DNA of 64,000 nt from Schizochytrium sp. TIO01. Its lineage: Eukaryota > Protista > Bigyra: Labyrinthulomycetes. The notes beneath the pieces were generated by a model that was not told the origin of the DNA, searched no databases, and saw only the letters and a program-made list of their open reading frames with translations. The position numbers and the translations under genes are program-made. Of this stretch, positions 24,384 to 33,949 are shown piece by piece (within the stretch, counting starts at the first letter, position 1; each line of letters begins with the position of its first letter). The DNA is taken from positions 1,340,747 through 1,404,746 of the forward strand of contig SMSO01000037.1 in assembly GCA_004764695.1 (NCBI GenBank), given 5' to 3'.

Positions 24384-25538
24384 ATGAAGAACGGCGACGA
24401 CGTCTCTGGAGGCCCGCAGGGTCTCCGCCTGCTGGCAGCGGGATCTGGAGTTTCTGACGACCACCGTGATGACGTAGACGACGGCGTAGATAAGCTGGAT
24501 ATGGATGAAGATGCTCAAGATTTGCACGGGAGTCGCCAAATGCGGCAGCACATGCAAGATCAACATCATGAAATGCAACAGCATCAACATCTCATGCACC
24601 ACGGAGGTCTCGGGGAAGACAATTCAGTGGCAGCGATGGCGGCAATGCAACAGCAGAGCCAGCAACAGAATCAACAAGGGGGGATGCTGCAAATGGGGAT
24701 TCCACCACCTCCTGAAGGAGCTCCTCCTGATGCCCACTTACCAACAGCCACGGACTCCCAGGCGTGGATTGCACCCCCAGCCTCATTCGCAGCGAATAAC
24801 TCGGGGCTTCCAGTGCCTGTGATCGTCAACACGAATTCTATCAAAGAACTGGACAACAGCTTGCAGTTTCCAGTTACGCTACACCTATTGGATGCGCAGT
24901 CCGGCACAAGCACTGAGATCCCCGAGCTCACAGGCCACGTAATCAAGTTTTTAAGCATGAATAGTGCCCTGATATTCTTGGACGCCCCCACAAGACTTAG
25001 AGTGGAAAGAGTCATCACGGAAATCAATCAGCGCAGCCGCGAAGATCAGTCTGGAAAGGCAAAGGGTCGGGAAGGGCAACGCGAACTTGTATACAGCATT
25101 GGTGACCTGCACGTGCGACTCACGCTTTACTCAAAGCTCAATCGAAGCAAGAGGGATCAACAGCGTCAGTGGCGAGAACGTTGGGTCGATGTTGTGAAGA
25201 ACCTAACCCATGAAGCTCGCCAAGGACACGAGTCAAAGCTCATTAAGGAGTTTGAAGACTGGCTTAACTACTGTCGCAGTTTCCTTCAAAAGAACAAGCC
25301 CAAAACCATCTCTATCAGCAGTATGTCAGCAAGCCCGCAGAAAAGGAAGCGAGAGCCTAAGCTATCCGACGAGGACGAGGCTATAGAGGCGTTCAAGGTC
25401 CTACGCACACCGCACGGCCAGTATATTGTTCGTGCCATTAACGGCCAAAACGACTCCAATTTGCGAATCTCCGTGCTAGCTTTTATAGATCAGCAGAAAA
25501 GAGATGCACTCATCTACCGTAGCGACCTTGACGGCTAG
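24384..25538 (+). CDS. Hypothetical protein with Q/H/M-rich N-terminus and basic NLS-like motif
   Basis: 384-aa ATG-initiated ORF; low-complexity N-terminus, structured-looking C-terminal half, PQKRKREPK. Confidence 0.8.
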   Translation: MKNGDDVSGGPQGLRLLAAGSGVSDDHRDDVDDGVDKLDMDEDAQDLHGSRQMRQHMQDQHHEMQQHQHLMHHGGLGEDNSVAAMAAMQQQSQQQNQQGGMLQMGIPPPPEGAPPDAHLPTATDSQAWIAPPASFAANNSGLPVPVIVNTNSIKELDNSLQFPVTLHLLDAQSGTSTEIPELTGHVIKFLSMNSALIFLDAPTRLRVERVITEINQRSREDQSGKAKGREGQRELVYSIGDLHVRLTLYSKLNRSKRDQQRQWRERWVDVVKNLTHEARQGHESKLIKEFEDWLNYCRSFLQKNKPKTISISSMSASPQKRKREPKLSDEDEAIEAFKVLRTPHGQYIVRAINGQNDSNLRISVLAFIDQQKRDALIYRSDLDG

Positions 25539-25729
25539 AAGAAGCGTTCTGTAGCATGTACCGTAGCCCGCTAACTTTGGAGCGTCTCCACACATCGCTT
25601 CCAAACGTTACACCGCTTCTATTTCGCGACCCCCCTGTTGAACTCCCTGACACACTCACAGTCTCACGTCTGATTCCTCTCTGGTTTTTCTCTAGGTAAG
25701 GCTGTCACCAGTGGCTTCCACAGCTCGCG

Positions 25730-25767
25730 GCCTTAGAAGCAATAGCTGCAGCTATTGCTTCTAAGGC
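25730..25767. repeat. Perfect 38-bp palindrome
   Basis: gccttagaagcaatagctg|cagctattgcttctaaggc is its own reverse complement. Confidence 0.95.
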
Positions 25768-26660
25768 TGCCGCTACCAGGACTGCTCTTACCATCTTGCT
25801 GTTATTGCTGTAACCCTGCTTCCCCGTTATGCCTCCCATAAAATTCTGCTTCGTTGCGTCTATTTTCATCCTATTTGCGCTGACCTACACTGTGGGCCAT
25901 CTGCATTTTATGGAGTAGCAGTAGGCCTCTAAACGAATCCAGACGATTCAGTTTTTGCGCTTTTTTGGGCGTTATCCTTATTTTCATATATGATATAAGG
26001 AACTCTACTTAGTATGATAAATGCAAACGATATCCTTATGAAGATAGAATAGTCTCTCTCTCTCTCCTTTTCCTCTCTGCACTGCATACTCAAATTTAGA
26101 TCTAAATTAAACTACAAATTTTTGAGATTAAAGATGCAAATCCGCACGACAACAATTTACAAAGTGAAACGTATGGAGGCATTGCGATATAACATATTTC
26201 AAACCTTCGGAGCACTTACTAATATACTGAGTGCTTCTCTCACATAAATCAAATGGAATAGGACGTTACGAATTAGTGTTTCTCGTCATCTTTTCTAAAA
26301 TAACGACGTGCTACTCTGGAAGCAATATCCTACCTATCATTATAAGACTGAGGTATCCCAGGCGAGTTTGGTTTTTATTCTAAGAGGATCCAAGCACCCG
26401 TTGTACGATAGTCTCTAAACAGTAATAACAAATGGATGAAAATAAAAAAAATAAAGGTGAAAATCAAAAATCAAAAACCAAAAATCAAAATATAGAAACA
26501 AGAGAAACAAATGAAACAAAAGGACATTCTAAGATTTGAGCAGGATTGAAAAAGGGAACAAAAGGCAGGAATGTCAAAAACGTCGTCTTCCCTTTCCTTA
26601 GTGCACCGCTAATCCACCCTTAAGTCTACACCCGCGACGCCTTATGCGACTGCGATGAAT

Positions 26661-27503
26661 CTACTGCCCATATTGAGGAGCTCCAATAGGAGTAGGTCCA
26701 TTTCGCCACAGAGAAGAGGAAGCCAGGAATGCATTGGACTGCAAGTCTGTACCTGTCCGTTCATGCCGAACGCGTGCACTTCCAAGGCCTGCGAACAAAC
26801 CTGTGGATTGTGTTGACTCCTCTACTTGATTTGAAGGCAGAACGGGTCGATCGGCTACAACGTTACCAAAAATGTCATATTTGTTCTCGTCGCGCACAGG
26901 GTTCTTCAAAGAATTCATTCTTCGCCAGTGTTCCTTGCGGCTTGCTTCTCGATCCTTCGCAGCAGCAACCTCCTCTTCCCTTGCAGAACGCTCGAATGAG
27001 GATCTTCTCGAGAAAGTACCAACATGATTGTTGGTACTGTGTTTCTCAATAAGTTCTTGCAGTTGATCGCTACCGAAGGCAAACTTATTAAGAGTTCCAG
27101 AACCACCGTGGACTCTAATATCACGTGGTTTTTGAGACAGAAGATGAGGGTTTGGGCCTTGCATTGTCTCATCTTGGGAGTTAGCATCAGGACCCTGAGT
27201 CTCAGATTCACAGATATTTTGCTCCACTTGTTTGTGCACCTGTAAGCGGCGGCAGGCAGCTTCAACCTGTCCAAGACGAGTTCGTGTCTGCGAATGCTCA
27301 AACTGTTCTTGTGCAAGCTTGCGCTGAAGAACTGCTACTGCCTTTTGAAGTTCCTCGATCTCCTGGTCTTTTCCCTGCACTGCCTCTAGGATACGCTCTT
27401 CTTGACTAAAAGCCTTAAGCGGGTTCCTCGAGGTTTGCTGAAGAGCCATAGAGTTGCGCTCTAGCTGGAGCCCAAACGGCTGAGGTCTTGCAGCTTGCTG
27501 CAT
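26661..27503 (-). CDS. Hypothetical coiled-coil protein
   Basis: 280-aa ATG ORF; heptad-like stretch KDQEIEELQKAVAVLQRKLAQEQFEHSQTRTRL. Confidence 0.75.
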   Translation of the reverse strand: MQQAARPQPFGLQLERNSMALQQTSRNPLKAFSQEERILEAVQGKDQEIEELQKAVAVLQRKLAQEQFEHSQTRTRLGQVEAACRRLQVHKQVEQNICESETQGPDANSQDETMQGPNPHLLSQKPRDIRVHGGSGTLNKFAFGSDQLQELIEKHSTNNHVGTFSRRSSFERSAREEEVAAAKDREASRKEHWRRMNSLKNPVRDENKYDIFGNVVADRPVLPSNQVEESTQSTGLFAGLGSARVRHERTGTDLQSNAFLASSSLWRNGPTPIGAPQYGQ

Positions 27504-27939
27504 TTTTAATCCACTACCTTCCTTTCAAGCGATGACACAGCTGACCTGCTTCTATATGCACTACAATGCTCAAGGGACCCAAGCAGATTTGCCACGCAGC
27601 ATTGATTTCTCCATCCATTTTAATGAATTGTAATCCGCCCTTCTAAAATGAAACTTGCCATACTCTTCTATGAGAGCAATGATATCTATAAGTACACACT
27701 CACATATTTCAACTGTCCTCATGTGGAATCCTCTTAAATGATAATAACATTAGGCGAGTATACACAAAGAGTCTAATTGAGGGAAAAAGTATTCCCTACG
27801 ATTGCAAACCCACGGTCAAAACAGGGCTATAAAGAGGTCTAACGGCTAGATTTTAATTATCAAAAAGTCATGGTGAGATTTGTGCCTGGCAAGCCCAGAA
27901 AAGAGCTAAACCACATCAAAGAAGTGAAACTGAAGCTTG

Positions 27940-29154
27940 ATGGAGCGCAACCCTGAGGATGCAGATATTGTGTTGACTGGTGAAGACCTTCTTGCATATG
28001 TGAGCAAGTTGCGAAGGTTCGCCAAACTACTTGGAGACAGTCTCGGTGTTGACGATGAACTGTCATTTAAAGAGAGCAAAAGCACTCATCAGGCAACTAG
28101 CCCAATTAAAGATACAAAGAATGACAACTCCACTTTTCAATTGTCATTAGGGAGCCCGAAATCTATCCAGGCGGATAATGTTGGTAAATCTGTCTCGTCG
28201 ATAACCTCCCCGAAACGTCGTTCCGAAGAATCATCCACTAAATCCTCGAATGTATCCCGCAGATCTTCAAGTCGTTCTTACAAACGAGCTCCTAGCCTTT
28301 ACGCCTACACTGTAGCTATTGCTGGGCTTGGTCGGATCGGAGCCCAGGTTGCCATTTCACTGGCGCGAAGTGGAGTTGGCTGCTTAATACTAATCGACAA
28401 AGACAAAGTCGAAAGCAGACACGTCGAGACTTCTCCCTTTGAGTGGGAACATATTGGCTTGCCAAAGACTCAAGCTGTGAGATTAGCTATTCATGAAGTA
28501 AATCCCTCAATAAAGCTCCGATCCGAGGCTCTTGATATCAACGATGCTATATCCGAACAAATACTAAAAGACGAAGTTTTTGCCGGCGGTCAATCAGTTG
28601 ACCTAATTATTGGATGTTTGGATGAGCCTTTTGCAAGAAATGTCATTAATGATCTTGCTTTGGCACAAAATATTCCTTTCCTAAATGCCCAACTTGACGT
28701 TGATGGTTGTCGGGGAATGATCAGTATGATAAAGCCAGGCCGCACGGCATGTCTTCGTTGTCTTGCTGCGAAAGATATGGCAAGCACAATGCAAATTCGC
28801 CGAGCACAATTAAGCTCTTTTAAGGAAGCACACAATATCGACCGACTTGCAAAAGCAGATATACCAGGTATTTCTATGATGTTTGCCGGGCTTATCGCTC
28901 AGAATGCATCAAAGATATTGATCAGAGATGGCGTTGTCTTGCCTGCTTTTAAGTTCAAGCTTGATGCAGATGCCTATGTGCTACCACAAGCCTCTCCAAG
29001 TTCCACAACTACGGAGTATGTTAAGAAGCCTGCTAGTCTTTTGAAAGGGAAAGATGCATCTGAAACGGAGGCAAGTCAGGAGTTCAAATCATTTGGGGCG
29101 GAACCATATGCTCAGTGTACTAATGAGGATTGTTTGCGATTACAAAAATCCTAA
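27940..29154 (+). CDS. Divergent UBA5-like (ThiF/E1 family) protein
   Basis: VAIAGLGRIG Rossmann loop, LIDKDKVE, IGLPKT, DLIIGCLD, IKPGRTACLRC, AGLIAQNASK and terminal PYAQCTNEDC, as in UBA5 PNPQCDDRNC. Start uncertain (upstream ATG at 27870 is in another frame). Confidence 0.8.
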   Translation: MERNPEDADIVLTGEDLLAYVSKLRRFAKLLGDSLGVDDELSFKESKSTHQATSPIKDTKNDNSTFQLSLGSPKSIQADNVGKSVSSITSPKRRSEESSTKSSNVSRRSSSRSYKRAPSLYAYTVAIAGLGRIGAQVAISLARSGVGCLILIDKDKVESRHVETSPFEWEHIGLPKTQAVRLAIHEVNPSIKLRSEALDINDAISEQILKDEVFAGGQSVDLIIGCLDEPFARNVINDLALAQNIPFLNAQLDVDGCRGMISMIKPGRTACLRCLAAKDMASTMQIRRAQLSSFKEAHNIDRLAKADIPGISMMFAGLIAQNASKILIRDGVVLPAFKFKLDADAYVLPQASPSSTTTEYVKKPASLLKGKDASETEASQEFKSFGAEPYAQCTNEDCLRLQKS

Positions 29155-29524
29155 ATTAGCCTAGCAAATCGGGATCCATCTATGCCGAATAGCGAGCGCA
29201 TTCATTACATAAAGTTTAATTACTCTACGAAAGCTAAACAGCTTGTTCAAGGAATTTCAATTGTGATATAAAAATGGTTTCCCAAGAAGCAAAAAAGGGA
29301 TAAAATCTACGATATTGTTCTATTCATAGATATAATACTTTGTTGAGAAAGACCGAGAGATTGAAAATCTCTGGTGAAGAGTATCTTTTAAAAAGTTAAA
29401 AAGGTTTATGGCGTTTATCTATTGTTTGGGGCGTTGTTGAAAAGTCTATAATTTGAGATCGGGAGAACAAGGAAAGCGAGGAGTGAACAGATGCAGTACA
29501 AATCAGGGCCAAGGACACACGCGA

Positions 29525-32500
29525 TTAGCTAGCGAAGCCACGCATGTTGCTTGAGTCGACCTGAGTCTTGAGTGCACGCATAGCAGCCATGTTTGTACCG
29601 ACCTGGTCTTGAAGTACAGACAACTGTTCACGAATAGCACCACGTAGTTCCACGAGTGTACTCCGAAGGTTTTGCGTGGCTACAATCTGCTTAAAGTGCA
29701 CCCGCAACAACGCGACAGCTACCTTGACGGCAATCTCAGTGTTGGTGCTCTGACGATTCACTTGTCCCTCCGAGCGCGGGGCAACAAGAACCTCGTGCAA
29801 GTACGGGAAAATGCGAACGGCATAGGAGAAGGGTTGGAGCATAAGTGCCTCGTCGAGCTCGCTTGTCTTGATGGAGCGCAGAGTGTGCATGACATAGGCA
29901 ATGGGATCACGTCCAAGCATGAGCGGGTTTGCAGGAGGAGGGGCAACCAGAACTTCACCATTCTTGTCAGCTTTAGCGAGCTCCTCCTTGGATTTCTTCT
30001 TGCGGGCAGCCTTGAGCTCTGCCTCATATTCCTTCAGGGCCTCACGGCGCTCATCAGCAACATCAAGGGCCTCTGTCAGGCGTTCGCCAACACGAAGAGA
30101 TTCAGTCGTGCGCTTAGTGGCTGCAGCAGACTCAGGTCCTTCAGCCTCTTCCTCATCTCCATCAGCTTCGCGAACAGCCTCGACAGTGCTTGAGTCAGCC
30201 TTGCGATCTTGCAAAAGTTTGGCATCGAATTGCTGCTCAAGAGCCTTCTCGCGCTCTTCGTCAGGAAAAACAATATCATTTGTGCGCTCCCAGACGCGGA
30301 GGGCCTTATCATGGCCACTGGAAACAAAATAAGAACCATCACTAGCTACGGCGAGACTCCAGACTTCACCTACGTGGGCCTCAAGAGAGAGGATCATCTC
30401 AAACTTGTCAGCATCCCAGTAGCGAATGCGCTGATCCTTTCCAGCGGTGATCATATAATGCGTACGGGGCAGAAAGCGGACGCACATGACCGAGGCATCG
30501 TGAGCAAAAAATGACTTGTGGCAATCACCGAAATCAAGACCCCAAACCTTAACGTTCTTGTCAGCGGAGGCTGTGGCAATGAGCGTGTTGTCGTCGGAGA
30601 TATCCATCGACAGAACAGGGAGTTTGTGGCCATAAAGGGAGAGAGCAAACTTCAGCGAATCCTCGAAGAAAACCTTGACGGTGCAGTCCAAGAGTGCGAC
30701 AGCAAGAATGAGGCGAGAGGAACTCTGATGGTGACTGTACTTGACGCCCATTACATCTTCGTTCATTTTCAGAGTCCGGGTGTGTACAAACTCAAGCTTA
30801 CCCTCCGAGGTAGGTTCCTCCACCATCTTGGGTGCAGCAGCTCTGATCCGCTTAGATTCCTTCTCCTCGTCATCCTCAGACTCATTATCTGATGATGATG
30901 ACGATGAGGATGATGATGACGATGAGGATGAAGATGAGGATGAAGAGGCAACGCTTGCGGCATCATCCATTGCGGTAGAGCCCTCATTGGAATCAATCAG
31001 TTCAAATTCCCAGAACTTGACTTGCTTATCAGCAGATCCTGTGACAAAGCCCTTTCCGTCAGGGCGGATGTCAATAGACCAGATTGCATCTTCGTGGGCA
31101 GCAACATCACTCAGCACCTCGCCTGAAGCCAAGTTAAAAAGAATGAGGTGTCCCGAGCGTGTACCGACAATGGCGTGCATGTCTCCAGGAACAAATGCAC
31201 AGCACAGAGAATACCCACTGGGGAAGGTGCGAATGCAGTTGCGTGTTTTCACGTTCCATAGCTTCGCCGCTCCGCTTCCTGCTGTGAGCACAAGAGTGTC
31301 GTCGCCAGAAATAGCAACTGCGCGCACGTCATTTCGGTGTCCTTGAAGCTCGATTTCGCGCGTGCGCTGCAGACTGAGCTGACGTTTGCGTTTCTGACCA
31401 GCCTGATCGTCTTCCGGAGCATCGTTCATTTCCAAAGTGTACAGCTCAAGACAGTTGGTGTTGTACGATACGATAATTTCGGCCTTGTGCGCAGTGACCT
31501 TTGTGAATGCAAATGATCTCATGCGGTGGTCCGTGCGAATCTGCGCAAGAGACTCAACCTCATCTCCAAGCTGTGGCAGTTGAATGTCGTCCTCTTCTGC
31601 TTCCTCTTCATTGTTCTCTTCGTTGTCATTGTTCGAGGCCTTCTTCTTTGCCTTCTCCTTTGCGCGGCGGAGCCTTCGCTTGATCTTCTTTGCAACTTCT
31701 TCTGCATCCCGCACGCGAAAGATTTCGAGAGTCTTACCCGCTGTTTGGCATCCAATGAGCTTTCCATTTGCCGAGAAACGGATGGTTTGAGCCCTCTCAG
31801 CAGTGCCGCGTGTCACAGGCCCTTCCATGAGTCTCCACGGCGATGCTGCGTCAAAAGGTTTAGTGCTGTCAGCGCCAGTTTTAATGCTTGACTTGGCTTC
31901 ACCGTCCTCGAGCTTCTTCATCTGTGCTGCTCGCTGCTCATCTGTGAGCTTGATGAAACCGCGAACCTGCTGGTCAGAACAGGCAGTAACAATGCGGTCT
32001 TCGCTAGCATTGACATCCACACTCCACACGGGACTGCGGTGGCCCACGAAGGTGTCAATGCAGTGCTGCGAGTCAAGGTCCCAGGTCTTGAGAAGCATGT
32101 CCTTCGAGGATGACAAAAGTTGCGAACCTTCCTTGACGAAGTGGAGGTCAGTGACCTCTTGTTTATGGCCCCGGAGTCTAAAGAGGCCAGCCTGAGCCAC
32201 GAGGTCCCAGACGATGATGTCGGTGTCACGAGAACCTGAGGCAAGTCTCGAGTTGTCTGAGGTAAATGCAATGCTCGAGACTGCTGCACGGTGACCGTTC
32301 AACGCAACTAGAAACTCCCTCGAGACGTAGTTCCAAAGTTTCACAGTGCCTGAGGCATCTCCGGTGGCGAGATAACGATCCTCGGGTCCAAGAGCGATAG
32401 CTGTCAGCTCTCTTGAGACTGCAAAAGGGTCTGCACGACCTGCAGTGTCTGCGTCGCGGAGTTTGTGAGAAAGCTCTCCACTCTGAAGGTTCCACACGAG

Positions 32501-32629
32501 AACGTCCTGAACACCAGACGTCAACACGTGCAGACCCTTCGAGTCCACAACGATATTACACTCATGAGCAGCAACTACACCAAAGCTGTCCTGGTGCGCA
32601 TAGCGCAAGTATGTCTTGCTAGAGGACAT
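29525..32629 (-). CDS. WDR3: WD-repeat U3 snoRNP/SSU processome protein Dip2/Utp12
   Basis: 1034 aa; KTYLRY start, LASGSRDTDIIVWD, GHRNDVR, ALLDCTVKVFFEDSLKFALSLYGHKLPV, SADKNVKVWGLDFGDCHKS and a C-terminal Utp12 domain. Confidence 0.95.
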   Translation of the reverse strand: MSSSKTYLRYAHQDSFGVVAAHECNIVVDSKGLHVLTSGVQDVLVWNLQSGELSHKLRDADTAGRADPFAVSRELTAIALGPEDRYLATGDASGTVKLWNYVSREFLVALNGHRAAVSSIAFTSDNSRLASGSRDTDIIVWDLVAQAGLFRLRGHKQEVTDLHFVKEGSQLLSSSKDMLLKTWDLDSQHCIDTFVGHRSPVWSVDVNASEDRIVTACSDQQVRGFIKLTDEQRAAQMKKLEDGEAKSSIKTGADSTKPFDAASPWRLMEGPVTRGTAERAQTIRFSANGKLIGCQTAGKTLEIFRVRDAEEVAKKIKRRLRRAKEKAKKKASNNDNEENNEEEAEEDDIQLPQLGDEVESLAQIRTDHRMRSFAFTKVTAHKAEIIVSYNTNCLELYTLEMNDAPEDDQAGQKRKRQLSLQRTREIELQGHRNDVRAVAISGDDTLVLTAGSGAAKLWNVKTRNCIRTFPSGYSLCCAFVPGDMHAIVGTRSGHLILFNLASGEVLSDVAAHEDAIWSIDIRPDGKGFVTGSADKQVKFWEFELIDSNEGSTAMDDAASVASSSSSSSSSSSSSSSSSSSDNESEDDEEKESKRIRAAAPKMVEEPTSEGKLEFVHTRTLKMNEDVMGVKYSHHQSSSRLILAVALLDCTVKVFFEDSLKFALSLYGHKLPVLSMDISDDNTLIATASADKNVKVWGLDFGDCHKSFFAHDASVMCVRFLPRTHYMITAGKDQRIRYWDADKFEMILSLEAHVGEVWSLAVASDGSYFVSSGHDKALRVWERTNDIVFPDEEREKALEQQFDAKLLQDRKADSSTVEAVREADGDEEEAEGPESAAATKRTTESLRVGERLTEALDVADERREALKEYEAELKAARKKKSKEELAKADKNGEVLVAPPPANPLMLGRDPIAYVMHTLRSIKTSELDEALMLQPFSYAVRIFPYLHEVLVAPRSEGQVNRQSTNTEIAVKVAVALLRVHFKQIVATQNLRSTLVELRGAIREQLSVLQDQVGTNMAAMRALKTQVDSSNMRGFAS

Positions 32630-33949
32630 TATCTATGAGTTTGTGCGATAGAGATGTGGTGATCCTTGTCTACGACTTCGTTTATGTCTATGTCGATATT
32701 GACGGCAGAATCAATATCGATGTTAGGGCGAGCCAATCGCAGTCTTTAGTAAAGGTTGCACTAAAGCTGCGAAAGATTATGCCGATCTCCTTAGAATCGT
32801 TTTCCGACACGGCGTTGCTGGTGCCGCTCCGAGGTCTCTCGAGCGTGAACCACCAAAGCTGAGTAGCCAACTGAGTTCTCAACCACTCACTGGATGGTGA
32901 ATGTGCGGCTAGCGCTGCCTGGGGGAAAACACTCCCACCGCTGCAGGCCTCAGGGTCCCTCTCTTGCTCTTCGAATCCCCACGTAGAAGGAGAGTGCTGC
33001 GCGAGAGTCGCAGCAAGAGATTTGACGCCTCGCAGACGGCCAAGAATAGGTCTTGGGTGGCGCCAGCAGAATAAATGATGAATGAACGAAAATATTGAAT
33101 GAATGAATAATACTTTGTTAATAACAAAATGTATTTTATTTAGGCCTACTTATCAAAATGAGTTATCCTAATCATTCATTGCAATTGAGAATACAACAGT
33201 CCTCATTTCGCTTCAAAGAGAGTCCGCCCGCTGGCATGGGCAACAAAGACATGAGCAAGTAGCAATGAAAGGAGGGCTTGTCCAGCTATACCAGCCAAAG
33301 AATACGCCCTCTTTACACTAAAAGAGTGCTCAAGACCCAACAAAGAGCAAAAAGCAGAGAAGCGCTTCTGGCCAACCAGTGATCGAGGGCAATTAAGGAC
33401 ACAGTACAGAAAACATTACGAGGGACGAGTTAAGAAGGTCCCAGGCATAACATACTATGAATGAATGAGGAAATAGATGGCACCTCTTGAATGGAGAAGA
33501 TGGAATGGGCATCAGGTTAAGAGTGGGTGTGAGAGGGAAAGCTGAGTAAAGGTCTTGGTGAGAAGCTTTGGGATTTGGAGAGGTCTAAATTCTGACGAGC
33601 AGGAGGCGTATCGCATTTTTTATTTAATTTCAATGATGCGTGTATCATAGAGATGTTGTTGTACTATGATGAAATTAGAGTACATACGATTGATGTATAG
33701 TGATATTGTTGCTGGGCAACCACAACAGCGTCTGAGGCATCTCTAACACCAGAACACGCAATTAAATGGATTTTGGAGATAATTTAGTTAAACAATGGGT
33801 AACAATCAGCAGCACTAGCAACGGATTAGGATTTTGTTGATATTCGTGAAAAATGATGTGAGGTTGACGTTGAAGAATTTAGCAAATTTCATCTTATCAG
33901 GAGTAATAAACTATGTTAAGGCCCTGCAGACTCACAAGGGATGAAAACA

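Noticed and set aside
470-27956. Pervasive programmed +1 frameshifting as in Euplotes
   Set aside because: Only two candidate sites; the other long genes are uninterrupted and indel errors explain the data more simply.
29672-32622. Many 60-200 aa ORFs overlapping WDR3 (similarly over myosin, the FYVE gene and TPR-Aha1)
   Set aside because: Antisense or off-frame shadows of codon-biased genes; no independent motifs.
32880-33070. GC-rich segment as a structured ncRNA
   Set aside because: No recognisable snRNA/snoRNA boxes; more simply the upstream region of WDR3.
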